A DNA stretch of 64,000 nucleotides, from positions 32,724 through 96,723 of the forward strand of contig JACRPR010000083.1 in NCBI GenBank assembly GCA_016223105.1, written 5' to 3'. Positions 40,921 through 50,124 of this stretch are shown in pieces. Under the pieces are notes generated by a model. The model saw only the letters and a program-made list of their open reading frames with translations. It searched no databases and was not told where the DNA came from. Position 1 is the stretch's first letter, and each line of letters starts with the position of its first letter. The DNA comes from Chloroflexota bacterium (lineage in GTDB: Bacteria; Chloroflexota; Anaerolineae; UBA4142). The translations under genes and the position numbers were made by a program.

Positions 40921-42207
40921 GTGATCGGGAGGAAAACTTTGGCTCACGAGACCTGGTTTCGCGACGCGCGCTATGGCGCGATGATTCATTTCGGCACGTA
41001 TGCGCTCACCGGTTGGGAAGCCGCGTGGTCACTGCAATGGGGCGCGATGTCGTATCGCGATTACGATGCACTCGCGGATCGCTTCAATCCACAAAAATAC
41101 GATCCGCGCGCATGGGCGCAATTGATGATCGAGTCCGGGATCAAGTACGTTGTCTTTACCGCGAAACATCACGACGGCTTTGCGTTGTGGGATACGCAAC
41201 TCTCCGATTACTCTGCGCCGAAACGCGCCGCGCAACGCGACCTGGTGCGTCCGTATGTTGAAGCATTTCGCGCGGCAGGATTGCGCGTCGGACTTTACCT
41301 CACGCTTCCCGATTGGCATCACCCCGATTATCCGGCGGGCATCATCAATCCATTGCCGCGCCGCGTGCGTCCCGCGTCCGCGTTGCCGCCGAATGTTCCG
41401 GCGAGTATCGCCGACGCGCCAGAACGCTGGGAGCGCTACATCGCGTTTCTGCACGGTCAAGTCCGCGAACTCTTGACGATGTTTGGCAAAATTGATCTCT
41501 TTTGGTTCGATGGTCACTGGGAACACACCGCCGATGAATGGCGCGGACGCGAGCTCGTCGCGCTGATGCGCGAACTGCAACCTGGGATCGTGATCAATGA
41601 TCGTTTGGGCGAACCTGGGATTGGCGATTACGGCACGCCGGAACAATTCATTCCCATCGAACCACTGCAAGGCGATTGGGAAACATGTATGACCGTGAAC
41701 GAGACCTGGTCGTTCAGCCCAACCGATATGGCGTTCAAATCCGGCGCGGAATTGATCGCGACGCTCGCGGATGTTGTCGCGCGCGGCGGGAATCTTTTGC
41801 TCGGCATTGGCGCAACAGCGGACGGCGAGATTCCGCCGGAATTTTCATCGCGCCTGCGCGTGGTCGGCAAATGGCTCGAACGCAACGGCGAATCTATTTA
41901 CGGCGCGGGACGCGGCTTGCCGCTCGGCGTGTGTCATTATCCGACGACCGCGCGCGACAATGCGATTTACATTCACGTCCTGGGTCGTCCCGCCGGCGAT
42001 GTCGTGCGCGTGCTTGTGTTGGATCGCCGCGTGCGCGATGCGCGCGTGCTCGCGACCGGCGAACCGCTCGCACTCGATCCGGATCGCGCGCATCCGCGCG
42101 ATGTGATTCGCAATCCGCCGCACGTTTCGCCATTGCGAATTCATTTGCCGTCCGAGTTGCTCGATCCATACGACACGGTGATCAAATTAGAATTGAGTGA
42201 CCAGTAA
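40921..42207 (+). CDS. Alpha-L-fucosidase (GH29)
   Basis: Contains YGAMIHFGTYAL...VVFTAKHHDGFALWDT. The start could be the TTG at 40939, which follows GGGAGG. Confidence 0.8.
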   Translation: MIGRKTLAHETWFRDARYGAMIHFGTYALTGWEAAWSLQWGAMSYRDYDALADRFNPQKYDPRAWAQLMIESGIKYVVFTAKHHDGFALWDTQLSDYSAPKRAAQRDLVRPYVEAFRAAGLRVGLYLTLPDWHHPDYPAGIINPLPRRVRPASALPPNVPASIADAPERWERYIAFLHGQVRELLTMFGKIDLFWFDGHWEHTADEWRGRELVALMRELQPGIVINDRLGEPGIGDYGTPEQFIPIEPLQGDWETCMTVNETWSFSPTDMAFKSGAELIATLADVVARGGNLLLGIGATADGEIPPEFSSRLRVVGKWLERNGESIYGAGRGLPLGVCHYPTTARDNAIYIHVLGRPAGDVVRVLVLDRRVRDARVLATGEPLALDPDRAHPRDVIRNPPHVSPLRIHLPSELLDPYDTVIKLELSDQ

Positions 42208-42261
42208 ACAGTTGACTGTTCACTGTTCACTGTTCACTGCTCACTGTTTACTGCACACTGC
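42202..42261. repeat. Tandem GTTCACT heptamers flanked by a 10-bp inverted repeat
   Basis: cagtaaacag ... ctgttca ctgttca ctgttca ctgctca ... ctgtttactg. Confidence 0.8.
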
Positions 42262-42276
42262 TACCAGGAGTTTCAA

Positions 42277-43452
42277 ATGGCGAACGAGATCAAGCCCGCG
42301 CTCAAAGCGCTCCGCATCGAACTCCCCTCGTGGGGCTTTGGCAATTCCGGCACGCGGTTCAAAGTTTTTCCGCAAGCCGGCGCGCCGCGCACGCTGTACG
42401 AAAAACTCGAAGACGCCGCGCTGGTGAACCAACTGACCGGCACTTGTCCCTCGGTCGCGATTCATATTCCCTGGGATCGTGTGGACGATTGGTCGAAGAC
42501 GATCGCGTACGCGCGCGAACGCGGTCTCGCGATTGGCGCGGTCAATCCGAATGTGTTTCAAGATGAAGAGTACAAATTCGGAAGTGTGTGTCATCGCGAT
42601 CCTGGGATTCGCCGCCGCGCGATTGATCATATGCTCGAATGTGTCGCGATTGCAAAACAGATTGGCTCGACCGTGTTGAGTTTGTGGTTCGCGGACGGCA
42701 CGAATTACGCCGGGCAAGACGACATTCGCGCGCGCAAAGCGCGGATGGCGGATGCGCTCGCGGAGGTCTACGCCGCGATGCCGGACGCGATGCGAATGTT
42801 GATCGAGTATAAATTTTTTGAGCCGGCGTTTTATCACACCGATCTCGCGGATTGGGGAATGTCATTCTGGCACGCAACGCGGCTGGGATCGCGCGCGCAG
42901 GTGCTGGTGGATACCGGGCATCACGCGCAAGGCACGAACATCGAACACATCGTCGCGTTTCTGATTGACGAAGGCAAACTCGGCGGCTTTCATTTCAACA
43001 ATCGCAAGTACGCCGACGACGATCTCATGGTCGGCTCGGTCAATCCGTACGAACTTTTTTTGATCTTTCACGAAATCATCAGCGCGGGACGCGACCCGCG
43101 TTGCGCGACGACCGTGCAAAATATCGCGTATATGTTGGACCAATCGCACAACATCGAACCGAAAGTCGAAGCGACGATTCAATCGGTGTTGAATGTGCAA
43201 TCGGCGTACGCGAAAGCATTGCTCGTCGATCGCGACGCGCTCGTCGACGCGCAAGCGCGCGACGATGTGCTGGGCGCGAATCGCGTTTTGCAAAACGCGT
43301 TTGAAACCGATGTGCGTCCCTTGCTCGCGGACGTGCGCCAAGAACTCGGCGCGGCGCGCGATCCAATCGCGACATATCGCGCGAGTGGTTACGCCGAACG
43401 CGTCGCGCGCGAACGCGGGCGGGCGAAATCTGGCGGCGGTTATACGGGGTAA
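42277..43452 (+). CDS. rhaI: L-rhamnose isomerase, actinobacterial/Gram-positive subtype (xylose isomerase-like TIM barrel)
   Basis: ~390 aa, with an N-terminal [16 protein letters not shown]. The gene context includes rhaB, rhaEW and GH78. Confidence 0.7.
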   Translation: MANEIKPALKALRIELPSWGFGNSGTRFKVFPQAGAPRTLYEKLEDAALVNQLTGTCPSVAIHIPWDRVDDWSKTIAYARERGLAIGAVNPNVFQDEEYKFGSVCHRDPGIRRRAIDHMLECVAIAKQIGSTVLSLWFADGTNYAGQDDIRARKARMADALAEVYAAMPDAMRMLIEYKFFEPAFYHTDLADWGMSFWHATRLGSRAQVLVDTGHHAQGTNIEHIVAFLIDEGKLGGFHFNNRKYADDDLMVGSVNPYELFLIFHEIISAGRDPRCATTVQNIAYMLDQSHNIEPKVEATIQSVLNVQSAYAKALLVDRDALVDAQARDDVLGANRVLQNAFETDVRPLLADVRQELGAARDPIATYRASGYAERVARERGRAKSGGGYTG

Positions 43453-43488
43453 ATCGTAATTGGTAATTACCAATCAAAAAGGATTTAG

Positions 43489-44283
43489 ATGAAATATATT
43501 TCTTCCGATGGCTTGAACATCGCGGTCGAAGAATTTGGACAGGGGCAACCGCTCATTTTCGCGCACGGACTGACCGGCAATCGGCACGGCAGTCGCGATC
43601 AATTGTTGCCGCTCGCCGACAAGTATCGCGTGATCATTTACGATCAGCGCGGACATTGCGATTCGACGCCGGTGATTGATCCGGCGTTCTACGATCCGGA
43701 TCGAATGGCGGAAGATATGACGGCGGTGCTGGACGCGCTCGGAATTGAACGCGCGATTGTCGGCGGCGAATCAATGGGTTCGACGACGACACTCAAATTC
43801 GCGCTCGCGCATCCGGATCGCGTCGAAAAAATCGTGTTGACCGCGCCCGCGTTCGGTGATCGTGAAAATCCCGAACGCCAACGCTTGAGCGATATGGGCA
43901 AGGTGATCAGAGAGATCGGTTTGGAAAAATTTTTGGATGCCGCCGCAATCCGCCAACGCGATGAACTTGGTTGGTCGCCGCAAGTGATCGCGTACGTGCG
44001 TGCAAATTTCGCGTCACACAAGGCGGAGAGTCTTGCGACCGCGTTGCAAACCGTGGTCGGGTGGCGACCATTTCCCGATCTCGATGTCTTTGCGCGTCTC
44101 ACCTGCCCAGTGTACATTCTCGCCTGGGACGGCGATACTCTGCATCCGTATGAACTCGCGCAACGCATCGCCAACATTTTTCCACACGCGCAGTTGGAAA
44201 AAATTCCAACACTCCCGGCGATTTTTGAAAATCCACCGATGGTCGGCGAAGCGTATCGGCGCTTTCTCGAAAGCGGTCAATGA
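43489..44283 (+). CDS. Alpha/beta-fold hydrolase
   Basis: The HG box is LIFAHGLTGN and the nucleophile elbow is GESMGS. Confidence 0.8.
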   Translation: MKYISSDGLNIAVEEFGQGQPLIFAHGLTGNRHGSRDQLLPLADKYRVIIYDQRGHCDSTPVIDPAFYDPDRMAEDMTAVLDALGIERAIVGGESMGSTTTLKFALAHPDRVEKIVLTAPAFGDRENPERQRLSDMGKVIREIGLEKFLDAAAIRQRDELGWSPQVIAYVRANFASHKAESLATALQTVVGWRPFPDLDVFARLTCPVYILAWDGDTLHPYELAQRIANIFPHAQLEKIPTLPAIFENPPMVGEAYRRFLESGQ

Positions 44284-45266
44284 ACTCTAGACAACGCGTG
44301 CTCGCCGCGATCCAACATCAAGAACCGGATCGCGTGCCGCTCGGCATTTGGTTGTATCAAAAAATTTTTGGCAGTGAAAAACTCAAAGCCGAGATCGAAT
44401 TCAAGTACGGCAGTTTGGAAAAATTTTACGCCGCGTTTGGAATTGATCTACTGCTCTACGTGATGCCGTTCCCGTACAAAAATTACGTCCCAGGATTGGG
44501 CGGCACATTTCAAACCGGCTTGGGCGGCGTTGCGCTTGAAGCAATCACCGCCGATCATTTTCGCGATCCCGATGATGACGCGTTGTACACCGGCATCGAA
44601 CAATTCATTGCGACGCATCCCGCGCAAGCCATCGCCGCGCATGTGTGGGGCGTTGTCGAAGCCGCGTACAGTTTTATGGGCGTCGAAGCGACGTTGATGA
44701 ATATGGTCGCGCAACCGGAGTTGATAGCGCGTTTATTTTTTCAACTCGGGCAATGGTCGGCGCGAATGGCGGAGAACGCGATCACGCGCGGCGCGGACCT
44801 TGTGCAGATTTCGGCGGACGCCGGCGCGAGCAACGGAATGTTGTTCAGCCCCAAGCAATGGTGGTCGCTGGTTTTCCCGAATGACAAATTAATCGCGGAC
44901 GCGATTAAAGCGCGCGGCAAACCGGTCGCGATGCACAACGACGGCAACATCTGGCAAATTATGGATGGCATTGTTGCAATGGGCGTAGATGTTCTGCATC
45001 CGCTTCAAACTTCGGCAGGAATGGATTTGATCGCGGTGAAGCAAAAATACGGCGACCGCTTGACGATCAACGGCGGCTTGGACATTACGCGCGGGCTCGC
45101 CGAAACAACCGATGCCGAACTCATCGCGACGATTCGCGAGTATATGCGCGCGCTCAAACCGCGCGGCGGTTTCATTGTGAACACGGAACATTTTATTCCC
45201 GAAACGATTCCGCTCGCGCGCATTGAACTGGCGTACCAGACGGCATTACGCGAGGGCTGGTATTGA
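44280..45266 (+). CDS. Uroporphyrinogen decarboxylase (URO-D)-like family protein
   Basis: The N-terminus reads RVLAAIQHQEPDRVPLG. It is of URO-D/MtaA-like length and is 4-nt coupled to the upstream gene. Confidence 0.7.
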   Translation: MNSRQRVLAAIQHQEPDRVPLGIWLYQKIFGSEKLKAEIEFKYGSLEKFYAAFGIDLLLYVMPFPYKNYVPGLGGTFQTGLGGVALEAITADHFRDPDDDALYTGIEQFIATHPAQAIAAHVWGVVEAAYSFMGVEATLMNMVAQPELIARLFFQLGQWSARMAENAITRGADLVQISADAGASNGMLFSPKQWWSLVFPNDKLIADAIKARGKPVAMHNDGNIWQIMDGIVAMGVDVLHPLQTSAGMDLIAVKQKYGDRLTINGGLDITRGLAETTDAELIATIREYMRALKPRGGFIVNTEHFIPETIPLARIELAYQTALREGWY

Positions 45267-45285
45267 TGATTAAAAAGGATAAATA

Positions 45286-47391
45286 ATGCCAACGAATTTT
45301 TGGAATGACGCGCACACCGCGCAATTAGATGAACTCGGTTTGCTCACGCATCGCTCGAATTTGCTCGGACACGATCGCTCGGTCGCGAACTGGGGCGGCG
45401 GCAATACTTCGATGAAAACGCTCGAACACGATTTTCGCGGGCGCGCGACGCGCGTGCTGTGGGTGAAAGGAAGCGGATCCGATCTCGCGACGATCACGCG
45501 CAAAGGATTTACCGCGTTGCGTTTGGACGACACCCTGCCCTTGATCGAACGCGCCACGATGAGCGACGACGAGATGGTGAATTATCTCGCGCACTGCGCG
45601 TTTACACCGGGACATCCGCGCGCGTCCATCGAAACGTTGATGCAGGAGTTCATTCCGGCGGCGCATGTGGATCACACGCACGCCGACGCGGTGATCGCGT
45701 TTTGTTGCGCGGTGAATAGCGAAGCGCTTACGCGCGAGGTCTTTGGCGACGATGTGATCTGGTTGCCGTACATTCGACCTGGTTTTCCGCTCGCCAAATT
45801 GATCGCGCAGGCGGTCGCGCAACGCCCGCACGCGCGTGCGGTGTTTATGGCGAAACACGGTCTCGTAACCTGGGGCGATTCCGCGCGCGCGAGTTATCAC
45901 AACACGCTCGCGATCATTCAACGCGCGGAAGATTACATCGCGCAACGCGCGCAAGGCAAGTCCGCGCTCGGCGGCGCGCGATTCGACGCGTTGCCGGAAG
46001 CGGAACGCCGCGCGCTGTTCGTGCAGATCGCGCCGATTGCGCGCGGCGCGGTCAGTCAACGCCGCCACACGCTTTTGCATTTCGACGATAGCGCGACGAC
46101 ACTCGCGTTCATCAATGCAGTCGAAGCGAAATCGCTCGCGTTGAGCGGCGCGGCGTGCCCCGACCATCTCGTTCACACGAAACCGACGCCGCTCTGGATT
46201 GATTGGACATCGCCGGACGATCTCGAAACAAATTTGCGCGCGGGGTTGGAATCATTCGCGCAATCGTACCGCGAATACTACGAAGCCGAAACACGCGCGC
46301 AAAATCTGAAATCTGAAATTCAAAATTTGAAATCAATTGCGATGGATGATCCGCACCCGCGCATCATTTTGATTCCGCGCGTCGGTTTGATCGCGACCGG
46401 CAAGGACGCGGCGACCGCGCAAATCAGCGCGGAGATTTATCAGCGCGCGATTGCGGTGATGCGCGGTTCGCACGCGCTCGGCGGATTTGTGCCGCTCACG
46501 CCAACCGAAGATTACGGTGTCGAGTATTGGCCCCTCGAACGCTACAAACTGACGCTCGCACCGCCGCCGCGCGAACTTGCCGGCAAGATCGCGTTCGTTA
46601 CCGGCAGCGCGAGCGGGATCGGTCGCGCGATTGCTCTGCGTCTCGCGCAGGAAGGCGCGCACGTTGTGATCGCGGATCTCAATCGCGCGGGCGCGCACGC
46701 GGTCGCGCAAACGATCGCGGAAAAATTTGGCGCGGGACGCGCGCTCGCGATGCAATGCGATGTAACGTGCGAAGACCAGGTCGTCGCCGCGTTCGATCAA
46801 ACCATCGCGCGGTACGGCGGACTCGACATCCTGGTTGCGAACGCCGGGCACGCGAGCGCGCATCCGATTGATCAAACCTCGCTCGCGGAGTGGAATCGCA
46901 TCCACGCGGTGCTTGCGACCGGCTATTTTCTCACCGCGCGCGAAGCGTTCAAAACGATGAAAGCACAGGCGCGCGGCGGACAAACTGCAAGTCCCTTTGG
47001 GATCATTTTTATTGCGTCGAAAAACGCGATCGCGCCGGGCAATGGCGCGGCGGCGTACAGCGCGGCGAAAGCGAGTGAACTACATCTCGCGCGTTGTCTC
47101 GCGGAAGAAGGCGGTGCGTTCGGCATTCGCGTCAACAGCGTTTGCCCCGACGCTGTGCTCGAAGGTTCGACGATCTGGAACAGCGAATGGCGCGCGCAAC
47201 GCGCGCGCGAGTACGGCATCGCGCCGGAGCAACTCGAAGAATTTTATCGCAAACGCAACACGCTCAAAGTAAACGTGTACGCGGAAGATGTCGCGGAAGC
47301 CGTTCTATTTCTGGTATCCGCGCGTTCCGCGAAAACGACCGGCGCGGTGTTGAACGTGGACGGCGGCGTGCCGGGAGCGTACGTGCGGTGA
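45286..47391 (+). CDS. rhaEW: Bifunctional rhamnulose-1-phosphate aldolase / short-chain dehydrogenase (RhaEW-type)
   Basis: The N-terminal class II aldolase-like part reads YRSNLLG..NWGGGNTSMK. The C-terminal SDR part has TGSASGIGRA and a YSAAK catalytic motif. 701 aa. Confidence 0.8.
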   Translation: MPTNFWNDAHTAQLDELGLLTHRSNLLGHDRSVANWGGGNTSMKTLEHDFRGRATRVLWVKGSGSDLATITRKGFTALRLDDTLPLIERATMSDDEMVNYLAHCAFTPGHPRASIETLMQEFIPAAHVDHTHADAVIAFCCAVNSEALTREVFGDDVIWLPYIRPGFPLAKLIAQAVAQRPHARAVFMAKHGLVTWGDSARASYHNTLAIIQRAEDYIAQRAQGKSALGGARFDALPEAERRALFVQIAPIARGAVSQRRHTLLHFDDSATTLAFINAVEAKSLALSGAACPDHLVHTKPTPLWIDWTSPDDLETNLRAGLESFAQSYREYYEAETRAQNLKSEIQNLKSIAMDDPHPRIILIPRVGLIATGKDAATAQISAEIYQRAIAVMRGSHALGGFVPLTPTEDYGVEYWPLERYKLTLAPPPRELAGKIAFVTGSASGIGRAIALRLAQEGAHVVIADLNRAGAHAVAQTIAEKFGAGRALAMQCDVTCEDQVVAAFDQTIARYGGLDILVANAGHASAHPIDQTSLAEWNRIHAVLATGYFLTAREAFKTMKAQARGGQTASPFGIIFIASKNAIAPGNGAAAYSAAKASELHLARCLAEEGGAFGIRVNSVCPDAVLEGSTIWNSEWRAQRAREYGIAPEQLEEFYRKRNTLKVNVYAEDVAEAVLFLVSARSAKTTGAVLNVDGGVPGAYVR
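46301..46337. repeat. AAATCTG-type heptamer run inside the rhaEW CDS
   Basis: aaaatctg aaatctg aaattca aaatttg aaatcaa is translated as QNLKSEIQNLKSI in the inter-domain region. Confidence 0.7.
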
Positions 47392-47392
47392 G

Positions 47393-47466
47393 TTCCTTTA
47401 TTTCCCTTATTTCCCTCATTTCCTTTGGGGCGAGGGAAATAAAGGAAATGATGGAAATCTGGGAAT
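47393..47466. repeat. Hairpin of TTTCCCT/AGGGAAA-type units
   Basis: ttcctttatttcccttatttccctcatttcc pairs with gggaaataaaggaaatgatggaaat. Confidence 0.8.
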
Positions 47467-47470
47467 TGTG

Positions 47471-48940
47471 ATGTCACTAAACTTGCTCGCGCTCGATCTC
47501 GGCGCGGAAAGCGGGCGCGCGATCCTGGGTCGGTTCGACGGTGCGCGGATCACGCTCGAAGAAATTCATCGCTTTGCAAACGAAGGTGTGCGCGTGAATG
47601 ATTCACTGCACTGGGACACGGCGCGCTTGTGGAGCGAAATCAAACACGCGCTCGCGTGCGCGCCGCGCGATGTCGCGAGCATCGGTCTCGATACCTGGGG
47701 CGTGGATTTCGGATTGCTCGATCAGAACGATCAATTGATCGACGCGCCGTTTCATTATCGCGATGCGCGCACCGATGGAATGATGGACGCCGCATTGCGC
47801 GTCACGTCGCGCGAAGAAATTTTTGAACAGACCGGCATTCAGTTTATGCCGATCAACACGCTCTATCAATTGCTCGCGATGCGCCGCGCGAACGCGCCCG
47901 CGCTCGCATCGGCGCAAACATTTTTGATGATGCCCGACCTGTTCAACTTTTGGTTGACCGGGCGCAAAGCATCCGAGTTCACGATTGCCAGCACGTCGCA
48001 ATGTTATGATCCACGCGCGCACCGTTGGGCAACGCCACTCCTCGAACGTTTGGAAATTCCAACGCGCATTTTCCCCGACATCATTCCGCCCGCGACGATC
48101 CTGGGATCACTCGCGCCATCGGTCGCAGATGAAACCGGCTTGCGCGACGCGCGCGTGATCGCGCCGGCGTGCCACGATACCGCGGCGGCGGTCGCGGCAG
48201 TGCCGGTATCGCAAGATGATTTTGTGTATCTCAGTTCCGGCACTTGGTCGTTGATGGGCGTCGAGACGCGCGCGCCGATCATCACGCCCGCGTCGCTCGC
48301 GAATAATTTTACGAACGAAGGCGGCGTCGCCGGGACGTTTCGCTTTTTGAAAAACATTATGGGCTTGTGGTTGATTCAAGAATGTCGCCGCGCCTGGGCG
48401 CGCGCCGGGCAAACGTTTTCGTACGACGATCTCACTCAACTCGCGGCAATCGCGCCGCGTTTCGTCGCGCTGATCGATCCGGACGACACGCGTTTTTTGC
48501 ATCCCGCCGATATGCCCGCGCAAATTCAAGCGTACTGCGCGGACACGCGTCAGACAATTCCACAAACACACGGCGAAATCGCGCGGTGCATTTTTGAGGG
48601 ACTCGCATTGAAATATCGGTGGACGCTGGAACGCATCGAGGAAATGACCGGGCAACACGCGAACGCGATTCACATTGTCGGCGGCGGCGCGCAAAATAAA
48701 ATGCTGTGCCAATTCACCGCCGATGCGACCGCACGCCCGGTGATCGCCGGACCAATCGAAGCGACCGCGAGCGGCAACGTGCTGATGCAAGCGCTCGCGC
48801 TCGGACACCTGGGATCCATCGCGGACGCGCGCCAGGTCGTGCGCGCGTCGTTTCCGCTTGCGACGTACGAACCGCGCGAGACGCCGGTGTGGGATGAGGC
48901 GTACGCGCGGTTTAGGAAAATCGCGTCAACGAACAAGTAA
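47471..48940 (+). CDS. rhaB: Rhamnulokinase (FGGY family)
   Basis: Has LALDLGAESGR and FGGY C-terminal motifs. A GTG at 47468 is an alternative start. Confidence 0.8.
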   Translation: MSLNLLALDLGAESGRAILGRFDGARITLEEIHRFANEGVRVNDSLHWDTARLWSEIKHALACAPRDVASIGLDTWGVDFGLLDQNDQLIDAPFHYRDARTDGMMDAALRVTSREEIFEQTGIQFMPINTLYQLLAMRRANAPALASAQTFLMMPDLFNFWLTGRKASEFTIASTSQCYDPRAHRWATPLLERLEIPTRIFPDIIPPATILGSLAPSVADETGLRDARVIAPACHDTAAAVAAVPVSQDDFVYLSSGTWSLMGVETRAPIITPASLANNFTNEGGVAGTFRFLKNIMGLWLIQECRRAWARAGQTFSYDDLTQLAAIAPRFVALIDPDDTRFLHPADMPAQIQAYCADTRQTIPQTHGEIARCIFEGLALKYRWTLERIEEMTGQHANAIHIVGGGAQNKMLCQFTADATARPVIAGPIEATASGNVLMQALALGHLGSIADARQVVRASFPLATYEPRETPVWDEAYARFRKIASTNK

Positions 48941-48993
48941 CGAATAAACGAATGGCATCACTCATTCGTTTATTCGTTTCCATTCGTTGACGC
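48923..48993. repeat. Hairpin of CGAATAA/TTATTCG-type units overlapping the rhaB stop
   Basis: gcgtcaacgaacaagtaacgaataaacgaatgg...ccattcgtttattcgtttccattcgttgacgc. Confidence 0.75.
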
Positions 48994-48998
48994 GGTTC

Positions 48999-49475
48999 CT
49001 AATTCATTTCCGTAACTTGGGCAGTCAAATAGCGCAATTCGTTTGAGAGGAAATTCCAACGGAGAAAAATCGGATTGGGCTGGGCGCGCGTTTCTTGCAA
49101 CGCGAGCGGACTGCGCGCGACGCGATCAAAGAAGGGTTCGATGTGGGCGCGTGGCGCGCACGCCGCGATCAGTTGATCGAAAAAGGGATGCGCGCGACGC
49201 TGGCGCGCGGCATCACACAAAACACCCAGCACAGCGCTATCGCCTTGCGCGCGCGTCGCGGCTAATAATTTTTCCGGGTTAATCCGATCAATCTCGCGCA
49301 CGAGCCAATCAAGCACAACCCAGGTCAAGCGACCCGATTCGCGACAATGCGCGGTGCTTTCAGCAATCACAATTTCCGGCGCGCGCGCGTGGATGGCTGG
49401 TTCGATACGGGCGAGCAACACCGCACCGCCAAGCCGATGCCATTCTTGAAAAAGATATTCTAGTCGCTCCACCAC
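48999..49475 (-). CDS. Hypothetical protein, partner of the upstream nucleotidyltransferase-like gene
   Basis: A candidate GTG start overlaps the upstream stop. No motif was recognised. The start is uncertain (49472-49514). Confidence 0.35.
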   Translation of the reverse strand: MVERLEYLFQEWHRLGGAVLLARIEPAIHARAPEIVIAESTAHCRESGRLTWVVLDWLVREIDRINPEKLLAATRAQGDSAVLGVLCDAARQRRAHPFFDQLIAACAPRAHIEPFFDRVARSPLALQETRAQPNPIFLRWNFLSNELRYLTAQVTEMN

Positions 49476-49984
49476 CCTTGCTCCTGCATAAAGTACTGTA
49501 ATTTCTGCGCCCAATCTTGGCGAAAGCGCGCGACGTGATGCGCGATTTGGATCAAGACCTGTTTTTCGGATTCGGACATTTGCGGCAACAAGATTTCCAA
49601 ATCTTCCAGGTCTTGTTCGCGCAGTGCGATAATTTTCATTGCGGCTTGCTCGGGACGACCGAGAAAATAAATTCGCAAATGCTTCAATCCAAAGTCAAAC
49701 GACGACAGTCGCGTTTGAAAGTCTGATGGTAAAATGCCCGCAAATCCTTTTGCCGCGTCACTCAGCCAATTTTCCGGCAAGCCGCGCGCGTGCGCGACAA
49801 ATTGGATCGCGCGGCGCAATTCCGCAATATCGCCTTGAAGTACGAGCGCGTCAATATCGCGCGTCGCGCGCGGCGCGGCGAAATGCAAAATCATTGCCGC
49901 GCCACCGATGACGATCAGATCGAAAGGCGATGTGACCTGCGAGTCCAAATCGCGCAGGGCTTGAATCAATTCATTGCGATCCAT
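49460..49984 (-). CDS. Nucleotidyltransferase-fold-like protein (DUF6036-like)
   Basis: DLIVIGGAAMILHFAAPRATRDIDAL resembles the minimal NTase G[GS]..D.D pattern. It is a small two-gene cassette on the strand opposite to the rhamnose genes. Confidence 0.45.
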   Translation of the reverse strand: MDRNELIQALRDLDSQVTSPFDLIVIGGAAMILHFAAPRATRDIDALVLQGDIAELRRAIQFVAHARGLPENWLSDAAKGFAGILPSDFQTRLSSFDFGLKHLRIYFLGRPEQAAMKIIALREQDLEDLEILLPQMSESEKQVLIQIAHHVARFRQDWAQKLQYFMQEQGWWSD

Positions 49985-50070
49985 TGTTTTATCCCGATGC
50001 GAAACACACTAACCATTTCGCGAAATCAGTATACTCTAAAGTTATAACGGTTGGCAAGTGGTTCGGCTTG

Positions 50071-50124
50071 CGTGATTCACGCATCACGCCTCACGTTTCA
50101 CCCAATTACAAATAACCAATAACC
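50071..50124. repeat. Tandem CACGCNT / TAACCAA heptamer-like run upstream of GH78
   Basis: cgtgatt cacgcat cacgcct cacgttt caccc aattaca aataacc aataacc. Confidence 0.7.

Noticed and set aside
42202-42261. Tandem/palindromic repeat runs (also 60422-60475 and 38212-38301) as possible CRISPR arrays
   Set aside because: The units are 7-18 nt with no unique spacers of regular length, and there are no cas genes in the window.
45325-46176. 283-aa minus-strand ORF
   Set aside because: It is antisense to rhaEW and has shadow-ORF composition.
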